Positions 28,219 to 38,067 of a DNA stretch of 64,000 bases are shown here, piece by piece. Source of the DNA: Parcubacteria bacterium C7867-008 (GTDB taxonomy: Bacteria > Patescibacteriota > Minisyncoccia > Phycocordibacterales > Phycocordibacteraceae). Position 1 is the first letter of the stretch; every line of letters begins with the position of its first letter. Position numbers and translations under genes: made by a program. Below the pieces are notes generated by a model, which worked only from the letters and a program-made list of their open reading frames with translations, had not been told where the DNA came from and searched no databases. Location of the stretch: the NCBI GenBank assembly GCA_001189215.1, contig LFCR01000002.1, positions 74,677-138,676 of the forward strand, read 5' to 3'.

Positions 28219-28370
28219 TAGCGTACTTTCTTAGAGACAGTAAGGCTGGCACGGCCCTTACGGCGACGTGCGAGGAGCACACGACGTCCGGTAGGGGTAG
28301 CTGAACGAGCACGGAAACCGTGGGTTCGTGCGCGCTTACGCTTCTTTGGCTGGTAGGTGCGCTTAGGCAT
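28218..28370 (-). CDS. rpmH: 50S ribosomal protein L34 (not in ORF track)
   Basis: Manual translation [50 protein letters not shown]. Confidence 0.97.
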   Translation of the reverse strand: MPKRTYQPKKRKRARTHGFRARSATPTGRRVLLARRRKGRASLTVSKKVR

Positions 28371-28376
28371 AGGAAG

Positions 28377-28445
28377 TTATACACAGGATACTAACAGGTT
28401 GCGCTCTGGCGTGCAAGAAAAGCCCTATCTTTGTGGTTATCCACA
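28377..28445. promoter_or_regulatory. DnaA boxes upstream of dnaA
   Basis: TTATACACA 28377-28385 and TTATCCACA 28437-28445. Confidence 0.85.
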
Positions 28446-28467
28446 GGCCTGTATACAATGAGCGTAC

Positions 28468-29817
28468 ATGAATCGCTCTGATCCACATGAACTTTGGGAA
28501 TACATTCTGATGCAGGTCGAGTTATCTATATCTGCAGCTAATTTCAACACCTGGTTCAAGTCGAGCAGCATCGTAAAGATAGAGGATGGCATTGTATACA
28601 TTGGTGTTCAGAGCCCCTTCTTCAAAGACTGGTATCAAAAGCATTTTCACACCCTTCTTCTTAAGATAGTGCGTGATGTATCTATTGAGTTCCGTAATAT
28701 TGAGTATCAAATCGTAAAAGATATTGCTCGTAAACCAAAGGAACAGCGTAGTCGTCGTGAGCCAACACCTGAACTTCCTCTCAATGAGTTCTATATCAAC
28801 AAGAGCGATAATCTAAACCCTCGATATACGTTTGATACCTTCGTGGTGGGTTCATTTAATGAGTTAGCTCATACCGCTGCGATGGCAGCCATTGCGCGCC
28901 CTGGTATAACATACAACCCGCTCTTTATTTATGGTGATACCGGACGTGGAAAGACTCACCTTATTCAGTCTATTGGTAACCAGTACAAGAAACAGTATCC
29001 AAATCGTAAGGTGTTCTACCTAACATCTGAGAAGTTCGGTACTGACTATACCGATTCACTCCAGCAGGGAACCGCAAACCGTTTTAAGGAGAAGTATCGT
29101 CAGTATGATCTTCTGATCATGGACGATGTGCAGTTCCTTTCTCGTAAGGAGAAGATGCAGGAAGAACTCTTCCATCTCTTCAACACGCTCTACGACAACA
29201 ACAAGCAGATTGTATTCTCCTCAGATCGTGCACCTATCGCTATTCCAGACATTGCAGACCGTCTTCGTGGACGCTTCGTATCTGGCATGACCGTTGATAT
29301 TGGTGAACCAGACAACGAGTCTCGTATCGCTATCGTACGAAAGAAGGCTGCAATGAACGGTATTACGCTTTCTGATGAAGTGGCTGAATATATCGCTACT
29401 TCAGTAACAGGGTCTATTCGAGAACTGGAGGGCGTACTCAATTCAGTGGTCTGCCATACACAAGTGAAAGGTATTCCACCAGACATTGCAGAGGTTCGTC
29501 AGTCTCTTCGTTCCTTCTCTCGCCCTTCTAAAACAGTATCGGTTAAGCATGTGGTCTCTAAGATTGCTGAGTTCTACGGTATTGAGGAGGAAAGTATCTA
29601 TGAGAAGACTCGTAGAAGGGAAGTAGTACGTCCACGCCAGGTGATTATGTACATTCTTCGTGAAGACTTTAGTGTTTCATACCCAACTATTGGCTCTAAA
29701 CTCGGTGGTAGAGACCACACCACCGTCATTCACTCCTGCGAAAAGGTTAAGAGAGAAGTCGCAGAAGATACTGAGCTCGCAAAAGAGATTCAGGATATTC
29801 GTACCTTGTTAGTCTAG
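28468..29817 (+). CDS. dnaA: Chromosomal replication initiator DnaA
   Basis: LNPRYTFDTFV, NPLFIYGDTGRGKTHL, DDVQFL, GGRDHTTVIH. Confidence 0.98.
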   Translation: MNRSDPHELWEYILMQVELSISAANFNTWFKSSSIVKIEDGIVYIGVQSPFFKDWYQKHFHTLLLKIVRDVSIEFRNIEYQIVKDIARKPKEQRSRREPTPELPLNEFYINKSDNLNPRYTFDTFVVGSFNELAHTAAMAAIARPGITYNPLFIYGDTGRGKTHLIQSIGNQYKKQYPNRKVFYLTSEKFGTDYTDSLQQGTANRFKEKYRQYDLLIMDDVQFLSRKEKMQEELFHLFNTLYDNNKQIVFSSDRAPIAIPDIADRLRGRFVSGMTVDIGEPDNESRIAIVRKKAAMNGITLSDEVAEYIATSVTGSIRELEGVLNSVVCHTQVKGIPPDIAEVRQSLRSFSRPSKTVSVKHVVSKIAEFYGIEEESIYEKTRRREVVRPRQVIMYILREDFSVSYPTIGSKLGGRDHTTVIHSCEKVKREVAEDTELAKEIQDIRTLLV

Positions 29818-30058
29818 TTGTGAATAAAGTCTGGGGATTTCCTGTGGAGATCCTGGAGATAGAGTAGGGAAGAACTATGTGGAGAAGTATCTGACAGACG
29901 TATAATTTTCCCCACCTACCAACCACACTCCGCACTATCCCCAGTAGTTCTCCGCGCCTTTCACACAGCTTGAATGAAACCTGCGTAAGCGTTTGGGACC
30001 GTATATACTAGAGATATCGCTCTTTCCCCAGTGTCCACACCCCTAATAATAAAGAATC
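29818..30058. other. oriC: Probable oriC (dnaA-dnaN intergenic region)
   Basis: TGTGAATAA 29820-29828 plus several degenerate boxes (TGTGGAGA twice, TTCACACAG, GTCCACAC). Confidence 0.7.
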
Positions 30059-31159
30059 ATGATTATCAATATAGAAAAAAAAGAATTCTCTGAAGCAGTA
30101 AGTCGCGTGTCTCGATTTGCTGAGAGAAAGTCTGCAACATTACCGGTACTCGCAGGCATCGCTATTGTTGCCGGTGATGATGGTATCAAGCTTCGTGCAA
30201 CGAATCTTGAGACGGGTATTGATTTCAAGATGGGTGGGACTATTGAGCAGCCGGGGGTGGTGGCTCTTCCTGCGGTTACGCTTCGTGAAATAACTAACTC
30301 ATTCTCAGGAACAGGAACAATCAAACTAGAGCACACGGGCGACACCGTCCTTATCTCCTCCTCTGCGGGGCGTAGCGCGCTTAAGACCCTTGCCTACGAA
30401 GATTTCCCCACACTCCCATTCCCTGAAGCTCCTACGGCTAAATTTACGCTTCCAGGAGTATCTATTCGTACACTCGTACTCACTGTTGCTGGTTGTGCGT
30501 CACCTTCTACAGTGCGTCCTGAGCTGGCTAGTGTTCTTCTCTCGGCTGAAGGAGGTTTTGTTAAGGCTGTTGCTACTGATTCGTTCCGTCTTGCTGAGAA
30601 AAAGATTTCCGTAACAGGGTCTGTGGCCCCATTTTCTATACTTATCCCTGCAAAGAATGCGATTGATATCGTACAGACACTTCCCGATACCGATGTGGAG
30701 GTACTTATTGATGAACACCAGTGCGCATTCTCCTGGCCAGGCGGTATTGTTACGACCCGTCTTGTAACGGTTCCATACCCTGACTACACACAGATCATTC
30801 CTAAACAGTTTGTATCTGAAGCAACATTGCTTCGTAAGGACTTTGAAGCTGTACTACGTCGTACTGCAATCTTTTCAGACTCTTTCCAGAAGATTCGTGT
30901 TGGGTTCGCTACTGCAGATAAGAAGATTGCGTTCTCTGCACGTAATAGTGATGTTGGAGAGTCTTCTGAAAGTGTTCCTGCATCACTTTCTGGTGAAGCT
31001 ATTGAGCTTTCATTCAATCATCGCTATCTAGCAGCACCACTATCTCTCGTTAGTTCAGAGAATCTTTCACTATCTGCAGCAGGTATAGGGCGCCCGTTGA
31101 TCATTAAAGGGATAGGAGACAATACGTTCTTGTATCTTGTAATGCCGATGAATCAGTAG
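30059..31159 (+). CDS. dnaN: DNA polymerase III beta clamp
   Basis: RATNLE, VATDSFRLA, YPDYTQIIP, YLVMPM. Confidence 0.97.
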   Translation: MIINIEKKEFSEAVSRVSRFAERKSATLPVLAGIAIVAGDDGIKLRATNLETGIDFKMGGTIEQPGVVALPAVTLREITNSFSGTGTIKLEHTGDTVLISSSAGRSALKTLAYEDFPTLPFPEAPTAKFTLPGVSIRTLVLTVAGCASPSTVRPELASVLLSAEGGFVKAVATDSFRLAEKKISVTGSVAPFSILIPAKNAIDIVQTLPDTDVEVLIDEHQCAFSWPGGIVTTRLVTVPYPDYTQIIPKQFVSEATLLRKDFEAVLRRTAIFSDSFQKIRVGFATADKKIAFSARNSDVGESSESVPASLSGEAIELSFNHRYLAAPLSLVSSENLSLSAAGIGRPLIIKGIGDNTFLYLVMPMNQ

Positions 31160-31196
31160 TGCGTTTTTCCCACACTCTGTGAAGTAGAATAAATCC

Positions 31197-32159
31197 ATGA
31201 AGGAAACCAGACCCATTTTTTTGATCGCTCTGGTTCTTGTTGCTGTATGTAGTGCTGTTGGGTATTTTTTGTATCAAAAACTATCAACAGACTGTAGATT
31301 TGTTGGCTGTAACGATGCTAATGAGAATACAAACATAGTTTCAACTACTTCACCTAAAATTCCAGAAGTGAAACAAAAAACCGAATGGGAATACCATACC
31401 TATGGTGATTTTAATATTCCTATTCCAAAAGGATGGACTTCGTTTGAAGGAAGTAAAGATGGAGGGTACGGAAGTCTAGCGGTATATTCAAAAACTGATT
31501 CAAGTGATCGTTACGATATAAGACTTATAAAGTCATCAAGATACGTAACTGGCCCGGATGAAGTTGAAGAAGAAGCATTGTTAGACGGAACTATGGTAAA
31601 GGGTGTAATACGTACGTTGCCTGCACTCGGATCGAATGTACATATGTACAAAAACAAAGAAGATCCAACACACAATCTCTATGTCGTGTTTACAACCCGC
31701 GGGGGTTTAGAGATCTCTTACTACACGAAAAGCAGTATTAATGGAAATGATGTTCTGGATAATATATCGTTTGTATCTAATCATTCAACAGAAAATACTG
31801 CTGTTCCGCCAAATCTTGAATATATAGGATCACACTTCAGTCGCGATACAAAGAATGTATATTTTTATGGAAAGATTGTACCAAATGCTGATCCAGCAAC
31901 GTTTTCTGTTATTAAACAAGGGAAGGGTTTAAAAACAATTGTTGCAAAAGATAGTAATTACGTTTTTCAGAATTCACTTTACCAATCGGTTACGACTATA
32001 CCTGGTGCAGATCCAACGACATTCAAGATTTCAACTACTCAGGCTGATTACGCGCATGACCAGTATCACAGCTATAAATATGGTTTATTTCCTGACGCGC
32101 AATCAGAACAAGGGCCGTATGGGTATTATCTTATTGGAAGCCAAATCATATTCGATTAA
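31197..32159 (+). CDS. Membrane-anchored protein with DKNYY-like repeats
   Basis: RDTKNVYFYG..VPNADPATF and KDSNYVF...IPGADPTTF repeats; AT-rich. Confidence 0.65.
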   Translation: MKETRPIFLIALVLVAVCSAVGYFLYQKLSTDCRFVGCNDANENTNIVSTTSPKIPEVKQKTEWEYHTYGDFNIPIPKGWTSFEGSKDGGYGSLAVYSKTDSSDRYDIRLIKSSRYVTGPDEVEEEALLDGTMVKGVIRTLPALGSNVHMYKNKEDPTHNLYVVFTTRGGLEISYYTKSSINGNDVLDNISFVSNHSTENTAVPPNLEYIGSHFSRDTKNVYFYGKIVPNADPATFSVIKQGKGLKTIVAKDSNYVFQNSLYQSVTTIPGADPTTFKISTTQADYAHDQYHSYKYGLFPDAQSEQGPYGYYLIGSQIIFD

Positions 32160-32178
32160 GAACTACATATTCATTGGT

Positions 32179-32430
32179 ATGAAAAGCCTTGCAGATCTAC
32201 TACTAAATCACAAAGTACCTGGTGTACGAGACGCACAAATACGACATGCCATTGCTGAGGAGTTGAGTACTCTACTAAATATCACGATTGAACCTAAACA
32301 AGTGAAATATAAAGATGCGGATTTGGTACTTGCGGTACCTCCAGTGGTTAAGTCGGTAATAAAGTTGAGGACAGAAGAGATTATAGAAATACTTAAGAGA
32401 CGAGATATAAGAGTTACAACAATAAAATAA
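32179..32430 (+). CDS. Small protein, possibly DciA/DUF721-like
   Basis: 83 aa near dnaN; ..LVLAVPPVVKSVIKLRTEEIIEIL pattern. Confidence 0.5.
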   Translation: MKSLADLLLNHKVPGVRDAQIRHAIAEELSTLLNITIEPKQVKYKDADLVLAVPPVVKSVIKLRTEEIIEILKRRDIRVTTIK

Positions 32431-32466
32431 CAGCGGACTAAATGTCCGCTGTTATTTTATTTGTTT

Positions 32467-34653
32467 CTACTGTCCTCCAATATCTGTTCCATCGATACCA
32501 ACTGCTGGGGTTGAAGTCCCGCCTTGAACTGTTGGTGCAAGTTGTGCGCCACCAGCAATCCAGTTGCCGATAGGGTATTCCCAGTATGCATACTGTGCAT
32601 CGCCCACTGAGCTGCCGCCCCCCATAGGATTGTTCTTGTTCACCCAGTACAAGATGTCGTGCATAGAAGAACCATCGGTGTAGATACCACGGAGTGCTGC
32701 AGGCGCACTATCTGCAATTGCAGGAGGTTCAGGGAATACTTCGTTTGGGTACTTGTTAAGTGCGAAGTTCATAACCTCATGCCACATAGGAGCAACAATG
32801 TATCCGGCGATCTCCTTCACCATCGGAGTATTGTCGTTGTTCCCTGCCCAAACACCAATAGCAATCGATGGAGTGTATCCAACGGTCCATGCATCACGTG
32901 ATTCGTTAGTGGTACCGGTCTTAGCAGCCACATCGTAGCCGGGGAAGGTGAATGGATTCACAGGAGGATACTCAGGTTGACGTGCCTGATTATTTGAAAG
33001 CATAGAGGAAATACCATGTGCAATCTCAGGAGCAATAACCTGTTTCGTATCTTCCTTATATTCTTCAAGTGTCTTACCTGTCTTGTCCGTGATGCGAAGG
33101 ATACCGGTTGGGGTGTTGAGTTTACCGTCGTTAGCGAATGCCCCATATGCACCAACAAGATCAAGGAGACGTACTTCAGCAGCACCAAGCGCTAGTGAGA
33201 GACCATAATCTGATGGTTTTCCGAGCGTTGAGATACCCATGTCTTTTGCGAGAGTGAGAACATTAGGAATACCAGTAAGGTACATCGCTTTAACGGCAGG
33301 AACGTTAATAGATTGTGCGAGTGCGGTAGTGAAGGTCATCGGACCACGGAACTTTCCATCATAATTACCCGGTGCGTAACACGGTGCCGTACCATTGAAG
33401 TTATCTGATGGTGAACAGGTGGTTGAGAACTGAGTAGGGAGGTCGAACACGGAAGTGAGAGGTGTGTATCCCTTCTGAAGAGCTGCTGCGTATACGAATG
33501 GTTTGAACGACGAACCTGGCTGACGTTCAGCAAGCGCAATGTTGTAGTTACCATCGATGTTCTTGTCGAAGTAATCTCGTGAACCAACCATGGCGAGGAT
33601 CTGTCCCGTCTTTGGATCAATAGCCACTAACGCTGCGTTACTTGCATTGAACTTCTTTTCATTAATAAGCGCGTACTGATTAACCGTCGTTTCTGCTTGG
33701 TGCTGCAGATCAGCATCGATGGTAGTGAGGACATTAAGACCTTGTGTTGCAACATCGGAACCATACTTGTTTTCAAGATACTGCTCAATATAGAAGACAA
33801 AGTGAGGCGCAAGAATCGTATTGTTCTGCTGGCGACTAAACACGACCACCTCATCCTTTGCTTGCTGATACTGCTCGTCAGTTATATAGCCGAGTTCCTT
33901 CATGCGCTTTAGAACAAGGTTCTTGCGTACATCAAGTGATGCGCGATTGTTGCCGTACGGAGAGTAGTAGGTAGGTAGCTGCGGGATAGCTGCCATGTAT
34001 GCAGCTTCTGCAATATCTAGATCCTTTGCAGACTTCCCAAAGAATGTGCGACTAGCTACTTCAGCGCCATACATAGTTCCTCCGTAGGGGGCTACGTTGA
34101 AATAGAACTCAAGAATTTCCTCCTTGGTATATCGTTGCTCAAACTTAATAGCCAGAATCCACTCTTGCACCTTACGGGTAATAGACTTCTGTCCTGAAAG
34201 AATCGTATTCTTCACCACCTGCTGTGTGATAGTTGAACCACCTTGCGCGAAGGAGAGTTGAGTAATGTCCTTATATATAGAACGTGCGATACCGGTGAAT
34301 GAAATACCCCCATGCTTATAAAAGTCTGAGTCTTCAATAGAAATGGTTGCTTGTTGGAGGTATGGAGAAATATCTGCAAGCGGTACCACATTACGCTTCA
34401 CATCATGGTTTAGGTCGTAGAGAACTGTCTTTCCAGTGCGATCATAGAGTTTTGTGGACTGAGCCACCTTTCTTGAATCAAATGAGTTAAGCGCGGGGAT
34501 TGGAGTAAGAGCCACCCAAAGAATACCGGTGCCCATAATAAACAGAGCAATACCGGCCATAATAAAGGATGCTTTGAGGAGAGGGTGAGGATCTTGGAAG
34601 ACTTCCCTGATACTTCTAGTGCGCGAAGATGAACGTGTGTGACGACGTGACAT
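32467..34653 (-). CDS. Penicillin-binding protein 1A family
   Basis: EDSDFYKH, GGSTITQQ, RKVQE, SSFK, SIN, KTGT. Confidence 0.95.
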   Translation of the reverse strand: MSRRHTRSSSRTRSIREVFQDPHPLLKASFIMAGIALFIMGTGILWVALTPIPALNSFDSRKVAQSTKLYDRTGKTVLYDLNHDVKRNVVPLADISPYLQQATISIEDSDFYKHGGISFTGIARSIYKDITQLSFAQGGSTITQQVVKNTILSGQKSITRKVQEWILAIKFEQRYTKEEILEFYFNVAPYGGTMYGAEVASRTFFGKSAKDLDIAEAAYMAAIPQLPTYYSPYGNNRASLDVRKNLVLKRMKELGYITDEQYQQAKDEVVVFSRQQNNTILAPHFVFYIEQYLENKYGSDVATQGLNVLTTIDADLQHQAETTVNQYALINEKKFNASNAALVAIDPKTGQILAMVGSRDYFDKNIDGNYNIALAERQPGSSFKPFVYAAALQKGYTPLTSVFDLPTQFSTTCSPSDNFNGTAPCYAPGNYDGKFRGPMTFTTALAQSINVPAVKAMYLTGIPNVLTLAKDMGISTLGKPSDYGLSLALGAAEVRLLDLVGAYGAFANDGKLNTPTGILRITDKTGKTLEEYKEDTKQVIAPEIAHGISSMLSNNQARQPEYPPVNPFTFPGYDVAAKTGTTNESRDAWTVGYTPSIAIGVWAGNNDNTPMVKEIAGYIVAPMWHEVMNFALNKYPNEVFPEPPAIADSAPAALRGIYTDGSSMHDILYWVNKNNPMGGGSSVGDAQYAYWEYPIGNWIAGGAQLAPTVQGGTSTPAVGIDGTDIGGQ

Positions 34654-34725
34654 GGCCTGATAGTAGCACAAATAAGACCCTGTCTGGCGTACCAGACAGG
34701 GTCTTATTTTGAGAAAAAGTCTCTC

Positions 34726-34917
34726 TTAGAAGTCCGTTACAGGAGCTTCGTCGTCATCCTGAACACGCATACCGTGTGCTTCAGGATCTTCCTCATCGAG
34801 CTCATCATCATCCTCTCCAGGGATAACTGGAGCATCAATGACGTCCTCCTCCTCTTCAATAAGTGCTGGATCAATTACCCCTTCCTCACCTTCCACCATT
34901 TCATCTTCGTCGTGCAT
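34726..34917 (-). CDS. Small highly acidic protein
   Basis: 63 aa, 29 D/E; followed by hairpin terminator at about 34670-34709. Confidence 0.6.
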   Translation of the reverse strand: MHDEDEMVEGEEGVIDPALIEEEEDVIDAPVIPGEDDDELDEEDPEAHGMRVQDDDEAPVTDF

Positions 34918-35111
34918 AGTAGCTACATTTAAATCTGTTCATGTACCGGTTTGTTCCGGTCAGCCTCTGTATAGTCGTAAACCTTGGGATCTTTTGCAAG
35001 AGTCTTAGTGCAAGCGTGTGGATAAGACCAATACTTTTATTTAGTTCTCTCCTGCAAATGAGCATAATGCAATGCAGTAAATGATGCCTTAATGAAAAGG
35101 CAATAAAGAGA

Positions 35112-35606
35112 TTATGTTCTACGATCAGCCAGACCAGCAATACCAAGAGCAATGGCGTCTAGCTCATCATCAAGGCGCTTCTTCGGGGGAAGGGTGATTA
35201 GATGGGGGATCATTCGAGCAATAGCTGCTTTGTCTGAAGCGCCATACCCAGTAACAGCGAGCTTCACTTGTTGTGGTGCGTATTCTTGAAGAGGAATCTC
35301 TGCAGCGCCTGCTGCGGCCAGTACCGCTCCACGTGCTTCCGCCACACCAATAGCAGTTGTTTTGTTTGAACTAAAGAAGAGTGTCTCAAGTGCAAGAATA
35401 TCTGGATTGTATTCTTGTATTGCATCTGCCGTTGCTTTATAGACAACAGCTAAACGAGACTCCTTCTTACCTTTTGGTGGAATCACACAATCACTCCATA
35501 CGTGTATTGGCTTACTCGCATCTCCTTCAAGCACCGCAATACCTAATCTGTCGTACCCAGGATCAATTGCTAGTACCCGCCGAAGCTTATTCTTCAGTGC
35601 TTTCAT
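35112..35606 (-). CDS. ruvC: Holliday junction resolvase RuvC
   Basis: LAIDPG, ALETLFF, VKLAVTGYG.SDK, DDELDAIA. Confidence 0.93.
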   Translation of the reverse strand: MKALKNKLRRVLAIDPGYDRLGIAVLEGDASKPIHVWSDCVIPPKGKKESRLAVVYKATADAIQEYNPDILALETLFFSSNKTTAIGVAEARGAVLAAAGAAEIPLQEYAPQQVKLAVTGYGASDKAAIARMIPHLITLPPKKRLDDELDAIALGIAGLADRRT

Positions 35607-36144
35607 ACCCACGTGCATTCGTTACGACTTCCTGCACGTCCTCATAATCATCAAGAATCTGAAGGATTGTTGTGAGTTTTGTTTCATCGTCTCCAACAAC
35701 ATCCATAAGTGGTTCGTTTGGTGTATACCTGCCATTCGGACTCTTGGTGAATGCCCACAAGGCACTACCTGGGGTACCAAGTTCATACCCATTCTTCGAA
35801 AGGAGGTGTTTCACTTCTTGAGTAGTGCGGTTCTTGTTGTCTGTGAGGGCAGAGACAATGAGCGCTGAGCCCCCCGGTCCATAGAATTCGTACGAGACCG
35901 CATCAAGATCACCCGCTTCCTTCGAGTTGCCCTTAGCAATTGCTCGTTCAATCGTATCCTTCGGCATATTCGCTGCCTTTGCACGGTCTATAGCTGAAAT
36001 AAGGCTGGGTGAAGAAAGATTCCCATTAGCCTTCTTGGATTCAATGGTTATGAACTTTCCAAGGCGAGAAAAGGTCTTTGATTTAGCTGCATCTGCAGCA
36101 CCTTTCTGATGTTTGATCTGTGACCATTTACTGTGTCCTGACAT
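35587..36144 (-). CDS. yebC: YebC/PmpR family protein (short form)
   Basis: MSGHSKWSQIKH, NMPKDTIERAI, YGPGG, TDNKNRT. Confidence 0.93.
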   Translation of the reverse strand: MSGHSKWSQIKHQKGAADAAKSKTFSRLGKFITIESKKANGNLSSPSLISAIDRAKAANMPKDTIERAIAKGNSKEAGDLDAVSYEFYGPGGSALIVSALTDNKNRTTQEVKHLLSKNGYELGTPGSALWAFTKSPNGRYTPNEPLMDVVGDDETKLTTILQILDDYEDVQEVVTNARGYESTEE

Positions 36145-36256
36145 GAATTAACTATATCAAAAATGATTGAGGTGCCCAAAGTTCGATCCCTAGCAAGCAA
36201 TACAAATCCTAGAACTTGCTTCAGGTTGAATAACCTGTAAAGTATGAATCGGTTGA

Positions 36257-36332
36257 GGTGGGGTAGCTATAACTGGTAAGAGCGCTGCTTTTCAAGCAGA
36301 ATTCCTGGGTTCGATCCCCAGCTCCACTGCCA
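36257..36332 (+). tRNA. Atypical tRNA-like gene (5-nt anticodon loop; Glu-TTC only if read with a 4-bp stem)
   Basis: GGTGGGG/CTCCACT-G-CCA, D arm GCT..TGG..AGC, CTGCT-TTTCA-AGCAG, CTGGG-TTCGATC-CCCAG. Confidence 0.6.
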
Positions 36333-36407
36333 ACCGTTCTTTAACGATTCTTTTGCGCATAAATGATGCCGTCCATGCTTGGACGGCTCTTATTTTATAA
36401 AAGAATG

Positions 36408-36436
36408 AAAGTTCCAACATCGCCCAGACGGCAATA
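36408..36436 (-). repeat. Cassette-boundary repeat copy 5 (diverged, inverted)
   Basis: Minus strand TATTGCCGTCTGGGCGATGTTGGAACTTT versus core TGCTGGCAGTCTGGGACGATGTTGGAACCTTT. Confidence 0.8.
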
Positions 36437-36521
36437 ATATTGAAGCGGTTTGTAGGAAGTAGATTTATATAGTGGCGCCTGTATACTGCGCCAGGAAACC
36501 AACACGGAGGCTCGAAGGAGC

Positions 36522-37001
36522 ATGGATTACCTAATCATTATACCAATCGAGCCGTTCGGCGAGCGCGATCTTTATCCCGCCGACCAGATGCTCCCTGCCC
36601 ACTGCACCCTTATGCCGTGGTTTGCTTCCAACCGGTTCATGCCAATCGATGATCTGTTGGAATGGGTGGTTGAAAGGGAAGAGCTGTTCCCCATTCAACT
36701 CATCGCTCAAGGCCGCGAGTTTTTCGGTCCAAACAACAACGTACCGGTGTGCGTGCTTACGCCCACCGACAACTTAAAGTTTCTTCACACTACACTACTC
36801 GTAACCTTGGCGCAGATGGGTATTATCCCGAAGTTGCAGTGGGTTGGTGCGGGGTATCGGCCGCACATTTCTGATACACCAACCGCTGTGTTCAAGAACG
36901 GTTTCAACGCCCAACCAAGTGAACTCGTTCTGGTTCGACGCAATGAAGAAGGAGAGAAGGTGGTTATAGGGAAGTATTCCTTCGCACCCAAGTCACTGTA
37001 G
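36522..37001 (+). CDS. 2H phosphoesterase / 2'-5' RNA ligase family protein
   Basis: Two Hx[T/S] motifs: PAHCTL and RPHISD; AAGGAG SD. Confidence 0.75.
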   Translation: MDYLIIIPIEPFGERDLYPADQMLPAHCTLMPWFASNRFMPIDDLLEWVVEREELFPIQLIAQGREFFGPNNNVPVCVLTPTDNLKFLHTTLLVTLAQMGIIPKLQWVGAGYRPHISDTPTAVFKNGFNAQPSELVLVRRNEEGEKVVIGKYSFAPKSL

Positions 37002-37047
37002 TTCCTAAAGGTCTGCCACCCACCTCAAGCGGTGGCATTCTTTTTAT

Positions 37048-38040
37048 CTAGTTACCCAAATACTCTTTTCCTTTTGGTGTAAGAATACGTCCACGAGAAG
37101 ATCGTTCAATAAATCCAAGACGTAGAAGATAAGGCTCATAGAGATTCTCAACCGTATCACTATCTTCATGTAGGGCACTTGCAAGTGCACGAACTCCAGC
37201 AGGACCTCCTTTAAATGAATCACGAAGTGTCTCAAGATAGCGGCGATCGTCTTTGGTGAGACCAAGCGTATCAATACCAAACAAGGTGCATGCCTTGTCA
37301 CAAACGGCTTTCGTAAGAGGGAGATTGTGTACCTGTGCGTAATCACGCACACGTTTAAGAAGAGCATTGGCAACACGAGGTGTTGCACGACTGCGTGCAG
37401 CAATCATATCCACGACACCATCATCAATATCCATGGCGAGTAGGGAAGCGGAACGAGAAACAATGGCACGAAGATCTTCGTCTGAATAGAAATCAAGTTG
37501 ATATACGCCGCCACCGAACCGAGAACGTAGAGGTCCTGAAAGTTGTGCTACTCGTGTGGTTGCGCCAACGAGAGTAAATGGAGGAAGTGAAAGTTCAACA
37601 GTGCGTGCACTTGGCCCTTTGCCTAAAATAATATCGAGTGACCCAGATTCAAGAGCGGGATAGAGAAGTTCTTCAATCTTGCTAGAGAGTTGATGAATCT
37701 CATCGATAAAGAGAACAGTACCTGGTTCAAGATTGGTGAGAATGGCTGCAAGATCTCCCGCGCGCTCAATCGCAACCCCTGATGTGGTCTTAACAGGAGC
37801 CTCAAGTGATTTTCCTATAAGGTGTGCAAGTGTGGTCTTACCAACTCCTGGAGGTCCATAGAACAAAATATGTTCCGGCATGTCTCCACGCATCTTTGCA
37901 GCCTCTAAAACGATATGTACATTGTCCTTCACATGCCCCTGACCCACATATTCATCCCAAACAGAGGGACGAAGTGCTGCATCGAGCGCCTGGTCTCGAA
38001 GCTTGATAGGAAGGTCGGTTTCGTTGGGGGTACTTGACAT
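37048..38040 (-). CDS. ruvB: Holliday junction branch migration helicase RuvB
   Basis: LRP..WDEYVGQ, GPPGVGKTT, FIDEIH, GATT, EPYL. Confidence 0.96.
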   Translation of the reverse strand: MSSTPNETDLPIKLRDQALDAALRPSVWDEYVGQGHVKDNVHIVLEAAKMRGDMPEHILFYGPPGVGKTTLAHLIGKSLEAPVKTTSGVAIERAGDLAAILTNLEPGTVLFIDEIHQLSSKIEELLYPALESGSLDIILGKGPSARTVELSLPPFTLVGATTRVAQLSGPLRSRFGGGVYQLDFYSDEDLRAIVSRSASLLAMDIDDGVVDMIAARSRATPRVANALLKRVRDYAQVHNLPLTKAVCDKACTLFGIDTLGLTKDDRRYLETLRDSFKGGPAGVRALASALHEDSDTVENLYEPYLLRLGFIERSSRGRILTPKGKEYLGN

Positions 38041-38067
38041 AAAAACACTGTGTGCTAGCATTGTATC

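Noticed and set aside
36285..36299. UGA-reading (TCA) tRNA implying genetic code 25 or selenocysteine
   Set aside because: Placing TCA at positions 34-36 breaks the anticodon stem, there is no long variable arm, and conserved genes here are intact under code 11 with TGA stops
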